Of a stretch of DNA of 64,000 nt, positions 11,371 through 23,403 are shown one piece after another. The notes under the pieces were generated by a model. The model ran no database searches, had not been told where the DNA came from, and saw nothing but the letters and a program-made list of their open reading frames with translations. The position numbers and the translations under genes were made by a program. Positions within the stretch are counted from its first letter, which is position 1. Every line of letters starts with the position of its first letter. Origin of the DNA: Eledone cirrhosa (lineage: Eukaryota); NCBI GenBank assembly GCA_964016885.1, contig OZ024744.1, positions 100,564,001-100,628,000 of the forward strand. The letters run 5' to 3'.

Positions 11371-11889
11371 TGTCCACTTTTCCCCTTCTAACAAGGGTTA
11401 GACAGGTCTACATACACCAAGTCAATACTGAAGTGGTGGCTGGTGGCTACTGACCTTCCTGACAGGATGTGAAGGTATGTATCCCACTTACATACAGTCA
11501 TTATTGAGTACTGAGGAGGAGTTGTTGTGTCTTTTGACTCAAACTAATGGGTCCTCCTAACCCCTTGTTTAGCAATATTTCTACAGCTGGAAGCCCTTCC
11601 TATCACCAACCACTTTGCAACATGTACTGGATATGTTTTTTGTGTAGATCGCCAGCACTAATGAGACTAGACTGTCATGTCCTTGACACAACTGAACAGT
11701 CTGCCCAACTCTCTGTTTAGCAAGCTTTTTATGGTTGGATGCCCTTTTTAACACCAACCACTTTACAATAATCATGGGGTTGCAAGAGTGGGAGACATAA
11801 TTATTTTATTAATAAACAAACTTCCGGGAAAATAAACAAAAGATGTTTAAAACGTAATTCGGAAACGATTTTTGAAAATAAAAAGAAAA

Positions 11890-12313
11890 AATATTGTTAT
11901 ATTTGGAGAGAGCCATGTTGATATAATATTGGTTTCTTATATAGGCACAAGGCCAACAATTTTAGGTGCGTGACTCGTACTTTATTTTATTGACCACGAA
12001 AGGATGAAAGACAAAGTTAACCTCGGCTGAATTTGAACTCAGATCATAAAGGGCCGTAACTCTATGCTGCTAAGCATGGCGTCCGACCCTCTACCGATAC
12101 TGCCAATCCACCGCCCTGTCAGAAATATATAGTAAAACACACTCACTGTTTGGTTTCTCAGAGCTCTTTCGTCATACACCTGTGACATCATCAGTGATAT
12201 TACTTCTTCCCGTTGAAAGAACTCTGAGAAACTAAACCAAACAGTGAGTGTGTTTTATTATATATTTCTGGCAATATCATAACAATATGACCCTCCCCAA
12301 ATATAACAATATT
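11890..12313. mobile_element. Penelope-like pLTR inverted repeat interrupted by a SINE
   Basis: 11890-11930 plus 12121-12170 are reverse-complementary to 12215-12313. A SINE at ~11927-12116 splits the left arm. Confidence 0.6.
12154..12201 (-). ncRNA. Hammerhead ribozyme motif (Penelope-type, weak stem I)
   Basis: Minus strand reads atcaCTGATGAt-gtca-caggtgta-tgac-GAAA-gagc-TC-tgag. Core is intact with an extra U before stem II. Stem I is only ~4 bp. Confidence 0.55.
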
Positions 12314-12577
12314 TGTTTCAACACACGATTTCATATAAATTAAAAAAAATACCTTGCAAAACAATCATCGTCGTCACAAAAAAATAAAAATAAAAAATGG
12401 AAAAGTTGCGAAAGCAGGAGAGGAAATGAAAAAACATTTAAAATTTGAAATCCTATCTTGCAGAATCGTAATTTTGAAAAACAGATTATGGGTAGTGTTT
12501 ATTCCGAACTTCTTTAGCTCCTTTTGTTCCTCCTTGTAGGGCTTGGGACGGCTTTCATCATTTCTGTAGTAATTTTT

Positions 12578-12727
12578 TATTAACCCTGCCTATAATTTTC
12601 AAATAATTTTGAAAATAATCAATAATTTATTAACCCTGCCTATAATTTTCAAATAATTTTGAAAATAATCAATAATTTATTAACCCTGCCTATAATTTTC
12701 AAATAATTTTGAAAATAATCAATAATT
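12578..12727. repeat. 50-bp tandem repeat x3 at the end of a TTAA-type MITE
   Basis: taaccctgcc at 12581, 12631 and 12681. The element ends at aaagggttaa ~13063. Confidence 0.85.
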
Positions 12728-13350
12728 GTTTCTACTTTTGACACAAGACCAGCAATTACCCAGTGCATTACTAGTGCATTATTTTATCGACCTCATAAGG
12801 ATGAAAGGCAAAGTTAACCTCGGCGGGATTTGAACTCAGAACGTAAAGGGCCATCGCTCTGTGCTGCAAAGCATGGTGTCTGACGCTCTACTAATAAAAA
12901 TAATCAATAATTTAAGGAAATCAGTAATATAACTAACTTTCTCATTAAGCATAGCTTAACAGAGGTTCTTATTTAAAGTCATGATAGAGGGATAAATATA
13001 AACACCTTAAAATAATCAGCTTTGTATCATAAAACCAGGTGCGGTTTAGTATCAAAAGGGTTAATGGAGTCATTCCTCCCACTCATTTCAACACAGGCTG
13101 AAAACAACCCTAGCATTTCAAAGTCAAGGTGGAGCTAGGTATGTAATAGTGGATAGGGGCCCCATTTCTGATACTGTCAGCCGGAGCAAACAGAGGCTGT
13201 GATTCATTCAATAATGCCATATCCAGTATTGAAATAACGTTTTTTTTTTTAAATCGAACTTCTCCAGGCGAAGTTAACATTTAATATCTTCTAATATAGT
13301 GCTGCTCTAGCTAACATTTGTTATACATTTCTTCCAAAACGGTTAAAATG

Positions 13351-13494
13351 AAAATATCTCGTCTGATTCACAGAATTCATTTCGCGTAAACACACGAAAC
13401 AACGAGGAAACCCCAACCCTTAACCTAACGAATTTATACTCTAACCCGAACATGTATATATGCAATGAATTCGGTGGATCAGACGAAATATTTT
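13351..13494. mobile_element. Small MITE with 31-bp TIRs and internal taaccc-like motifs
   Basis: aaaatatctcgtctgattcacagaattcatt / aatgaattcggtggatcagacgaaatatttt. Confidence 0.65.
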
Positions 13495-14796
13495 AATATT
13501 CTTCAAACGAGATCTATTGGGCAATGAATGATATTCTCCAAAACGCACCGACATTTGTGCGTTTTGCTTTTAAACTAAATCTAAAATAAACGTTGCCAAC
13601 AGGAAACAGCAGTTATTTTGAAAATTAGCGGCTTGTTATGTGCGTGTGTACGCATGTCTAAATAATTAATGGAACACTTGCAGCTGTCATTATCGATTAT
13701 CAATGGGGAAGTGGGTTGGTAGAATCGTTAGAGCGTCGAACAAAATGTTTAGTTACCATAGTTAACATTCTGAGTTCAAATCCAAACCAAACCAACCTTG
13801 CCTTTCATCTTTCCGATATCGATAAAATAGAACATTACCCAAGTCTTGTGACTTGATTTAATCGACTTTCTGAAATTGTTTTCAGCCAATAAACAAAAGA
13901 TTAGGATCGATTTGTGAATGAACAGTGTCAACAGTTGGTATTTTTTAAAATTTTTAATGGACTATGTTAGTTCCATGCATGTGTGATGATTTTCTTGCAT
14001 ATATATAACATACAGAATGCAATGGACCTCCGTCGGGTTCGACGACGAGTGACCCAGTTGTTCATGAAATAAACGAACATATCAGCGGCTGAATATTCCA
14101 TGAACACGTGTATCCCTTAACATAATTCTCAGAGATTCAACGAGACAGTGTGTTACATGACTGGCCCTTTTGAATTACAGGTATAGTCCCATCTAACAAG
14201 CTTTCATACCCAAATTTCAATAGGAAGGCTCGGATCTTGGCTGGTCACGCTTGGGGATCTAGCCGGGTCAGTTGGAGACGGTTACTTCTGATAAGACCCA
14301 CTGGAAGGAGTGTTTGAGGAGTCTGCCCCATTACCCTCTCAGGAATAAATGGGCGAAGAAGTAGAAGGCTTGGGTCAACTCGAAATAAATTATGCTTGCT
14401 ATGCAGTGGGATCGAATTCGGGACCTGATGATGGTGAAACGAGTTTCTAAAATGATTCGTCCATGCTGCATCATCATATAATAAACAATATACAATAGAA
14501 ACAATAGTTTGGTGAAATCCATCGCCCTGCAACAAATTACATTTGAACGTTTTTTTAAAAAATAAACATATTAAAGACAATATCTTAAAATATCCAACAA
14601 AACTTACTTTAGATATGGGAGAGGAGGGGAAGAAACAAAACAAAGGAAAATTGGGGGAAATTATCGGCTAAATATTGTTAGAATAAGAGTAAAAGTTGTG
14701 AAGAAACAGAAGACCCTACAAGATAAACAACGGCGATGATGATGATGATGATGATGATAACATCTTCATCAACAACAATAACAATAACACTTTTAC

Positions 14797-14925
14797 CTGT
14801 TCTGATAATTTATGAAGATCATTGTAAGTAATAACAGAATTCTCCAGTTCATCATCGTATATCACTGCCACACGATCTTTGAACTTATCTATTTCACGTA
14901 AGACAAGATCGTGTAAAGTACCCAT
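14797..14925 (-). CDS. AASDH: AASDH-like first coding exon
   Basis: MGTLHDLVLREIDKFKDRVAVIYDDELENSVITYNDLHKLSEQ resembles the human AASDH N-terminus MTLQELV..MDRVAVCFDE...YTY. Ends at a CAG|GTAAAA donor in phase 0. Confidence 0.8.
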
Positions 14926-14932
14926 AATTATA

Positions 14933-14969
<37 letters not shown>

Positions 14970-16009
14970 AATGTGAGGTATCAAAACATATCAAATTAAC
15001 TTTTGAATTATATAATTGTATATATATATATATGTGTGTGTGCGTGATTGTGTCTGAGAGAGAGAGAAGAAAACACTTCTTTACAATTACCTACACGCTA
15101 TAATAATAGCATTGTATATAAATATAATACTTTTTGAAAATAACAAAAACTTCTTTCGGAACCATTTGTGAATGATTGTTTTGATTGTTTGTGTAAAAAT
15201 AATTGATGCACTAAAAATAAAATAACTGTAAAAAATACTGTAATTAGTTCTGTAGTTCTGTATTTGATAAATAAAAAAAAATATATTGTGTTATGTTGTG
15301 TTGTGATGAAAGAGAAAGCTAAATTAAAATATCCAGTATCCCACACCACACAATGTGGGGAGTTCCAAAAACACTCATTGTTTAACATGTGAAAAGAAAC
15401 ACCACTACCAAAAATTGGTTATTATTATTGTTTATATGTAAATGTCGTATATCTTTCGGTGTTAAATGTATTAAAAGGCAACCTAGTTTGTTTTCGTTTT
15501 TTTTTTCTTCCCTTCTTCTTGAACTCATTTAAAGATGAAATTTTATATTATAAAATATATATAGGATAAGGGTACTTATTTTGTGAGAGTAAACAAAGTG
15601 TGGACGATAGAAACAAGCCGGTTTACGACCGTAGCTTGTGGGATTGAGACCCACATTGTATCCGATAGAGCATCTGTTGGAAAGTATATATCCTCTTAAA
15701 TCACTTATCATTTTTTTTAACCGTCATTATGTGGTGAAATTTTCTAATTAAAATACAACAGGTGTTTTAAAAAAGGTTAATGGAATATAGTAATAAATTG
15801 TCAAACTTCTCTCGTTTCCACAAATCCAATAAAGTTATTGTTTCTTAATAAAGATAGACTACCACAGCAATTTGTCGACGGTCATATATCATTATAGATA
15901 GTATAATATAAAAGAAATTATGCTACTATGCTTAATATATCTTTAGTGGAGTATTTATATTTAAAAATACGAAATTTATCCACTCGATTTCAGTGGGAAA
16001 ACATTTTTT

Positions 16010-16540
16010 CCTCGTTTTATTTTTTTATTTCCCCTTTTTCGTGTGCTATCAACTAATCTAACCTTCAAGATGCTGGCAATCAATTTTTTTTTCCAGTAAA
16101 ACTGAGGGGGATGAGGTGACACTCGCCGTTCATTCATCGGAGTTTTCCCTACGTTTTTTTTTTCATGTTATCAACGAATATGATCTTCAAACAAGTAGAA
16201 AAGAATGGTGCCAAAAGACCATCGGATTTTAGCAGATCTACACACCTCTCTCGTTTGGTGGGAAATAATTATCTTTCCTGGTTTTTTTTTTTGACGTCTT
16301 AGATGCATGCAATAAGCGGAGATGGCAGGAATCTCAGAATTTCTACTACTTCCACCCACGAGGTTTCTTTACCACTTACTTTCCCTTGTTTTTTCGTATG
16401 CTATCAACTAATCTTACCTTTGAATTCCCCGGAAAACAGATGGAAAAGAGAGGAACCCTCGGACTTTTCACCCTCTCCACCAGAAGCTTCTTTACCTTTT
16501 CTCCTCATTTTTCTTTCTTTTTTCGTGTTATAACGAATCA
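16010..16540. repeat. Dispersed repeat with internal subrepeats, related to 22060-22560
   Basis: Shared ccctcggacttttcaccc, tttttcgtgttataacgaat and tttcgtgtgctatcaactaatct motifs. Confidence 0.55.
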
Positions 16541-19500
16541 GTATGTGAGCGTTAGTGATCTGACATCAGTTCTCACTACCTCCACCCAGGTCTTTCTTTA
16601 TTGCAGTATTCTTTCACTGGGATTTCCTGGCACCTTCTTCACCCAGCAGTCATCATCCATGCGTATCACATGTTATACCAATACCTTCATACTACTTCTA
16701 ATTCCTCTTATACCCAGTTTTTCCCTCAGTTCATTCATGCTTCGTCGATCTCGCACCCATTGAAGCATGCTTGCTTCATTTCTCTCTTGCCTTCGCATGT
16801 CCTCTGAGTTCACTGTCCATATCTCACTGCTATGCAGCTTCGTACTTCGCACACAGACGTCACACAGTCAACCTTTCGTTCACAGGGAGAAACCTTTCGT
16901 TGTTAGCAGGGGTAGCAGTTCCATAAACTTCATAACTATGAAATGAAAATACTAAGGCATGGTAGAAAAAACCTTGATTCCTGGAAATCATTCATAAATC
17001 TAGTGCTTGTATAACTGTAAGAACACTGTGCTCATCTGTGGAAGATGTTGCTTACTGTGTGATTGTTTAAAAACCTAAACCCAATATTTCAAAAGGTTCA
17101 TTTGATGCCATTGACTTCCACTCTCACTACTCATAGAAACAGACAGTTGAGCCATGGTTTCTTCTTTCTTTTCTTCCTTAACCACTCACTTATTCCTCCA
17201 ACGTATCATTCATGGTTTAAAAAATATAGAATGGAAATAATCTACAAGATAATTTCTTCCTCTACGTCAATGTATGTGATCTTAGGTTCAATTTTGACCT
17301 TACTACTTTCTATTAACAGTAAATTCAACACAGACTATTCCAGTTTGAGAGACAAATCCGTGATCTAAATTTCGCGTATCTTGGTTTTCCACTCTCTACT
17401 AAAACTAGGCTCTGATACACATGTAGCGAAACCTCAACGTATTTTTCTATGCTGGTTTTCTTAGTTTGACACACATGACAACAAAAGACTGACCTATGAC
17501 CTCAGAGCCCGAAAACATAGATGACATTTTCATCTATGAAGCTCACGATGCCAGAATATCCGAAAACAGGACAGTTGAAAAGGCCACTTGTTTAACGATT
17601 CTGGACAACCTAATTCTGATATATACAAGAGATTTTCGACCCCCAAAACATTCTGCTTTTCGACTACTCAAAAGATAGTCTGCTTTTGACTGGAACAAAC
17701 AGTCTGTTTGGTCAGCCTCGCGATGTAGCTAAACACACTTGCTAGCCAGCACTGCTGGATTCAGTACAAGCTGAGATTTCTACCAACACAGGTTAGTAAA
17801 TATCATTGCTATGGTATTCTTCATTTGCACACATACTGCATCTATACCTGCATCTTTTTCTGCACGTGATTTTTTTGCTGCACGTGATTTTCAAGTAAAT
17901 CATATTATAAATAAAAATATTTAAATTGGTATTGTCTTGTTCATTTGTTAATTTTTATCCAATGTGACTTGGGGAAAATCATTTTTTTAACGGTAATATC
18001 ATTTCACACCACAACAAACGAGTGCAACTTCTTATTTCTTGTTTCTTCAAACATGGCAAAACTTCTCTTGATTCACCGAGACACATTTCAATTGCCATTA
18101 CTCGACTAACAAACTACTCACTCATCATCTTCGCACTTCATCGCTGCTGCTGCAAATGAACAACTCCTTTTAGCAATTACACCATCACCTAACCAACATT
18201 TACCTTTTACCCTTGCTAAAATAAGTGACCACATATTCTTCGAATTAAGGGATCTCAGCTCCGATACTTAGGAAAGAATCTCTGGACAGATTTTACGGGC
18301 AAAAGCAAACCGGCAAGAGACCCATGGGTAGACCTGGGCAAGATAGTTGGATAACTTCCATGAGTTTGGCTGGTCATGCTTGGCGATCTAGCCGGATCAG
18401 TTAGAGACGGTTGCTTCTGTCAGGACCTGCTGGAAGGTGTGTTTGAGGACTCTGCCCCCATGACTCTAAGTGGGCAAAGAAGAAGACAAGAAGATATTTT
18501 CTGTCCCTAAGGGGTATTTTGCTCAATTTTGTAACAGTATTTTCATTGTAGTGAATCTGTGTTTGGATTTCAACATTTCTAATTTCGAATCATCCAACCG
18601 TCTCTATAACCCTTTAATGTTCAAACCGGCCAGAATTCTCTACCTCTTTCTGTTGAAACTGGTCACTCAAACTGATGGTAAGATATTGTTCTCAAAATAA
18701 ATACTTTCAAAATCTCATAGATTCGATATTATGTGAGATAAAGCCTTTACGATGAAAATATAATAGTATATATAGAGTAATGTGAATGCTAAAGGGATAA
18801 ATCATAAAATATTTTAAATTTATACACAGAAGAAACAAGAGCTTGACATTTGTGCCGTTCCCAAGAGAAATGTGAATTGAAGTGATTTTAACTGAGCAAA
18901 CAAAACTGGTGTGTGAAATAGATCTCTGTCAGTTTTGATGCTGAATGTTCCAGTTGTTCTATCAACGAAACAGCTTGCTCTTGATATTTAAGTGGCGGAA
19001 CATTCCACAGATACGTGCGTAACGATACGTTTGTGAGTGGTTGCAAGTGGTAGTGTTCACTGTAGTAGAAGAGTGAATGATGATGATGATGTGTATTGGT
19101 TGTAGGTATTTGAGATAGGTAACCAATGTGTACATCTGTTGGAAAGTAAATGTTTTATCCGTGGGGAAAGTGATTTCCCCGGTCACATTGCTAGGAGTAT
19201 GAAAGAAGAACGAACAGGCCCGCTATTTTGATGTTATTTATTGTGAAGTATTTCACGACGGAAACACGAATTAACATTTTGTTATAGCCAAAAGATATGA
19301 ACAACAAACAACAAGGAAAGTATTTGTGTTATTCGAGGAATGTGTGTGAGATATGTTTGGGTAGGATGAATGCGTGTGTGCAGCGATACAAGTTAACTTG
19401 CCTTATAGAAGTGGTTGGCTGCTATTTCTAGTGGCTCTTCCCATTGGCAGGCCAGAGAGATATTGCTTGCAATTATATCGCTTTGGTTCCTTGATTCCAA

Positions 19501-19999
19501 AACTTCGTTGATGTGTTGAGATGCTGGGTCCTTGTCGAGAGGGCCGAAGATTTTTTTGCTAAGTGCTACATCTTGTTAGTTTCTTGAACAGTTCGATTTG
19601 ATGCGTCTCTTGCGAGGGACCAGGGTAGACTGTCTGAAAGAAAAAGTTATTTTCTCTTCACCTCAAGCTGACCTACCATTCCAGACAAACTGACGTCAAT
19701 CCAGATAATAGAAAAAATTACAACTCGGTGCCACTCGGGGGTCAGTGTGCGAAGAGATTTCGATAAACGTGTACAGTACACTTAATGTAATTCGCAGAGC
19801 GATTCTGCATCATTGGCTTCCAAACAGTTTTTGTCTACCCAATTCTACTCACAAGCTTGGGTCGACTAAAAGCTATGGTAAATAACACTTGTCTAAGATG
19901 TCACACAGTGGGTTTGAACTCAAGACCTCATGATTGCGAAGCAAACTTCTCAACCATTAGACCATGCTGCATTCACAAAGCAATAGTTTACAATCTTAA

Positions 20000-21270
20000 T
20001 GTAAAATAGACATAACTGATGTTTGCAATCTTATCGACTTATACATTCTTCATACATTAAAGTTTAAGTCCCCCAATCACTTCTTTGCTCTATACAAAGA
20101 TGATGGTCTTTCGTTTTCACAAGATTGTAACGGTCACACCCTGGACAGATTCCGTAAAAATTTAATTGACATCTTGCACACGTTAGAACTTAAAATTATG
20201 ATTGATACGAACCTTACTATTGTAAGTGCCCTTGGTGTAAACTTAGACCTAACTGTAGCTTCATATAAACCATACTATAAACCTAACGACAAATTGAAAT
20301 ATATTAATAAAGCGTCATGCCACCCACCTACTCTTTTTAATATTAAACGTAGGATCTCAAAATTTATCAGCAACCAAGGGAATATTCGATAAGGATGCGC
20401 CATACTACAACCAAGCTCTACTAGATAGTGGTTTTAAGAACAAGATTAAGTACACACCAAATCAATCCTAACCCAGCCATACTAAAAATGTTAACAGAAA
20501 AAGAAGAATGTTCTGGTTCACTAGCCACACTTTTCCCTTAACATTAAGACTAATGTAAGTAAGAAGTTTTTAGATCTAATAGATTGACATTTCCCGCCAA
20601 AACAAGTACGCCAAGCAAAAAAGGGTCTGACAATTAAAGGAGAAAGGAGTCCTACATAAGATTACTTGAAAAGTCCAGATCTTATACTAATGGTACCAAG
20701 TGATGTTTACCTCAGTGAAAAATTTTAAATATTACAAGGTTCGTCGTCTCCGAACAATAATTATTTGAACTCAAAGAACGAACATTTTTGAGGATGTCTA
20801 CATTTCAAAGGCCAATACCTTCTTATTTTTAATCACCTTAATATTGATTTATATACTTTCTTAATATCTTTTCTTTTTCTATACTTACATAATACAGTAC
20901 ACCGTTGTACCACTCAGCTCTATAACTTATTAACACCTCTATATTACATACCACCACATAATACCATACATCTGCTATAACACAAGTAGAGCTACTTTGC
21001 AATTTCAAATGTACACCTTTGAGTTATTTCCCTTTGTTGTACTACGTTTTCGTTAACACGTTTAACGCACTATATTTTTAACGCTATCTTCAAATTCGTC
21101 TAAGCGCTTGAAATTTTATCCCTCTTACAATCTGGAGATATGGTCAACCTTAGAAAGTGCTTTTGTTGTGTGTATAAACATAAATAAATAATAGAATATA
21201 TCAGCTCAAACATGACTGAGCTCTGTTTTCCTCCCCTCACCCTCCATGGATATTTTACAACGCATATATA
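20000..21270 (+). mobile_element. Penelope-like element remnant (RT, GIY-YIG C-terminus and 3' region)
   Basis: LYKDDGL, LGVNLDL..YKPYYKPND..YINKASCHPP, WF, NIKTNVSKKFLDLI and LEKSRSYTNGTK..LNSKNE motifs, with stops and frameshifts. A degenerate hammerhead ctggaga..gaaa lies at 21132-21156. Confidence 0.75.
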
Positions 21271-21749
21271 TATATATATGGTTCAAATATTTAATTTAAT
21301 TTGTCCAACTCGTATATTGTGTAACGAATTACTTAATTAGCAATTCTCATCCTTACTGTGGCATGTACGGTGAAATTGTAGCTTTGTTGAAAAGGTCTAA
21401 CAAGACTGAAACAAATCAATGCCGTCTTTTCCGTATTTGCTGAAATGGTTAAAATGTTTCTACTTTAGGCATATTAGTCATGGAGGCAATATTGGTTTTT
21501 CCTCAATGCATAAGTATTTTTAATTGGGTATTTACATTAAATACTTTACATTAATCTATATTTACTATTATATTTTCATGGTAAATGCTTTACCTCACAT
21601 AATATCGAATATATGAGATTTTGATGTTATTTATTTTGAGAACAATACCTTAACAACGGTATGAGTGGCCAGTTAAGAAAGAGGTGAGAGAATTCTGGCC
21701 GGATATGACCGGTTTAAATGCTAACAACAACTTGACTATTGTTTATCCC

Positions 21750-22000
21750 GGTGACATTCTAAACATTAACCCTTTCGTTACGATATAACCACGGTGATTT
21801 TTTTAAACATTAACCCTTTCGTTACGATATAATCATGGGGACTTTTTAAACATCATCCCTTTCGTTACCATATAATTACGGTAACCTTTAAAACATTAGT
21901 CCTTTCGTTACCATATAATCACGGTGACATTTTAAATTGATCACTTTTATTATCATGTAATTACAGTGACTTTTAAAACATGTAACATTTCCTTACCATG
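21750..22000. repeat. 43-44-bp tandem repeat, ~6 copies
   Basis: aaacattaaccctttcgttacgatataa.cacggtgac; units at 21761, 21805, 21848, 21891 and ~21935. Confidence 0.85.
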
Positions 22001-23289
22001 TATTTCATGTGCTAACAATTAAATTTACGTCCGAATAAAATGTAAAAGGTTGCCCTCAGCGGAAAACGGGGGTCCCTCGGACTTTTCACCCATCAGCCTC
22101 GGAGTTTTCAAAACGATTTTTCCTTGCTTTTTTCGTGTTATAACGAATATGACCTCCAAGCTATTCGCAAACGATTCGCTTTCCTAAAAAAACGATGGTG
22201 ACGGTGGGAAAGACCCTCAGAGTTTCATAGATCTAAACTCGCGTTTAGTGGGGAAAATTGTTTTTCATAATTAATTTTTTTTTGCGTGGAATCGACATAT
22301 CTGACCTCCAAATACGCTAACCCTAATAACTAACACTATAGCACTAGACCTTAAACCCAACACCTAAGCTTAACACTAACTAAAGACAACATAATATAAC
22401 ACGAACAATAAGAAAAAAATAGTAAAGAAAACCCCGGGTGTTGGGTGGTGGTGGGGTGGGGGGTCCGATAATGCTCCATCCATTTTCCGAGAAAAAAAGT
22501 CCTTTGCAGCATATTTGGTGGGTAAGTTTAATTGATAGAACACGAGAAAAAATCGATACCTAATTTTTAAATAATTTTGAAATTAAGAACTAAGTTTCTG
22601 ATTAAGTTGGTGTTCGGAGTATAATAATTGTTTCTACTTTTGGCACAAGGCCAGAAAAATACTCAGTGTATTACTGGTACTTTATATTATCGACCCCGTA
22701 AGGATGAAAGGCAAAGTTAACCTCGGCGGGATTTGAACTCAGAATGAAAAGGGCCGTTCGGAGTATAATAATAACGGTTCTTACATAAAACTATGGAAGT
22801 TTTTTTTTTTGTCTTTTTTTATTTATTTATTATTTATTTATTAAAATATAAACATTTTAGAATAAACAGCGTTTGTATCATGAAACTAGGGGCGGTTAGG
22901 TCTGACAAATATTAAAAACATAGGTCCAGATAAACGGAGGACGTTTAAACACTCCATACGGCAGAATAAAAGGACAAATTGGTGTAGGACCCCGTCGGTT
23001 ACTATGATATGTCCTAGTTGATACAACAAAACAGGCTGCTCGTGAAATTAACGTGCAAGTAACTGTGAAGTCCACAGACACGTGGACCCTTTGTCCTTAA
23101 CGGAGTTCCCAGGGAGATACAGCCTTTGAATCACACGTACAACTCATTTTCGTCAACTGGGTGGATTAAAACACCGTGAAATATAATGCCTTGAGCAAAG
23201 GCAGAATACATCGGTTTGAATCGAACCCACGACTACATGCGTTTTCCTATGTAAACATTGCAACTGACTAATCAGCGGTTTTATTCAAC

Positions 23290-23403
23290 CAGGAAGTAGG
23301 TTATATAAAGGGAGCTAACCATCGTCTTCCGGTTGACTCGCCGCCATTTCACTTTAATTTTTGAGATATATATACGTTTTTTATCTAATACTTAATAACA
23401 CCA
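23290..23403 (+). promoter_or_regulatory. NUP98: Putative NUP98 core promoter and non-coding first exon
   Basis: ETS-like CAGGAAGT (23290) and CTTCCGG (23326), TATATAAAG (23302), YY1-like CCGCCATT (23341), local CpGs, and a consensus GTAAGT donor at 23404. Confidence 0.6.

Noticed and set aside
14245-14527. Possible AASDH exon after ttgttgcAG at 14528 (GDGFHQTIV...)
   Set aside because: No AASDH similarity, it runs into SINE/LINE remnants, and the exon at 4890 continues the protein correctly.
17360-17800. Moderately complex sequence with a 60-aa ORF and a GTTAGT donor-like site
   Set aside because: No recognisable homology or supporting exon structure, so it cannot be called.
15671-19148. 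Exact 16-bp direct repeat catctgttggaaagta at 15671 and 19133 as a TSD
   Set aside because: One 16-mer match is roughly expected by chance in 64 kb, and the intervening DNA is not a single element.
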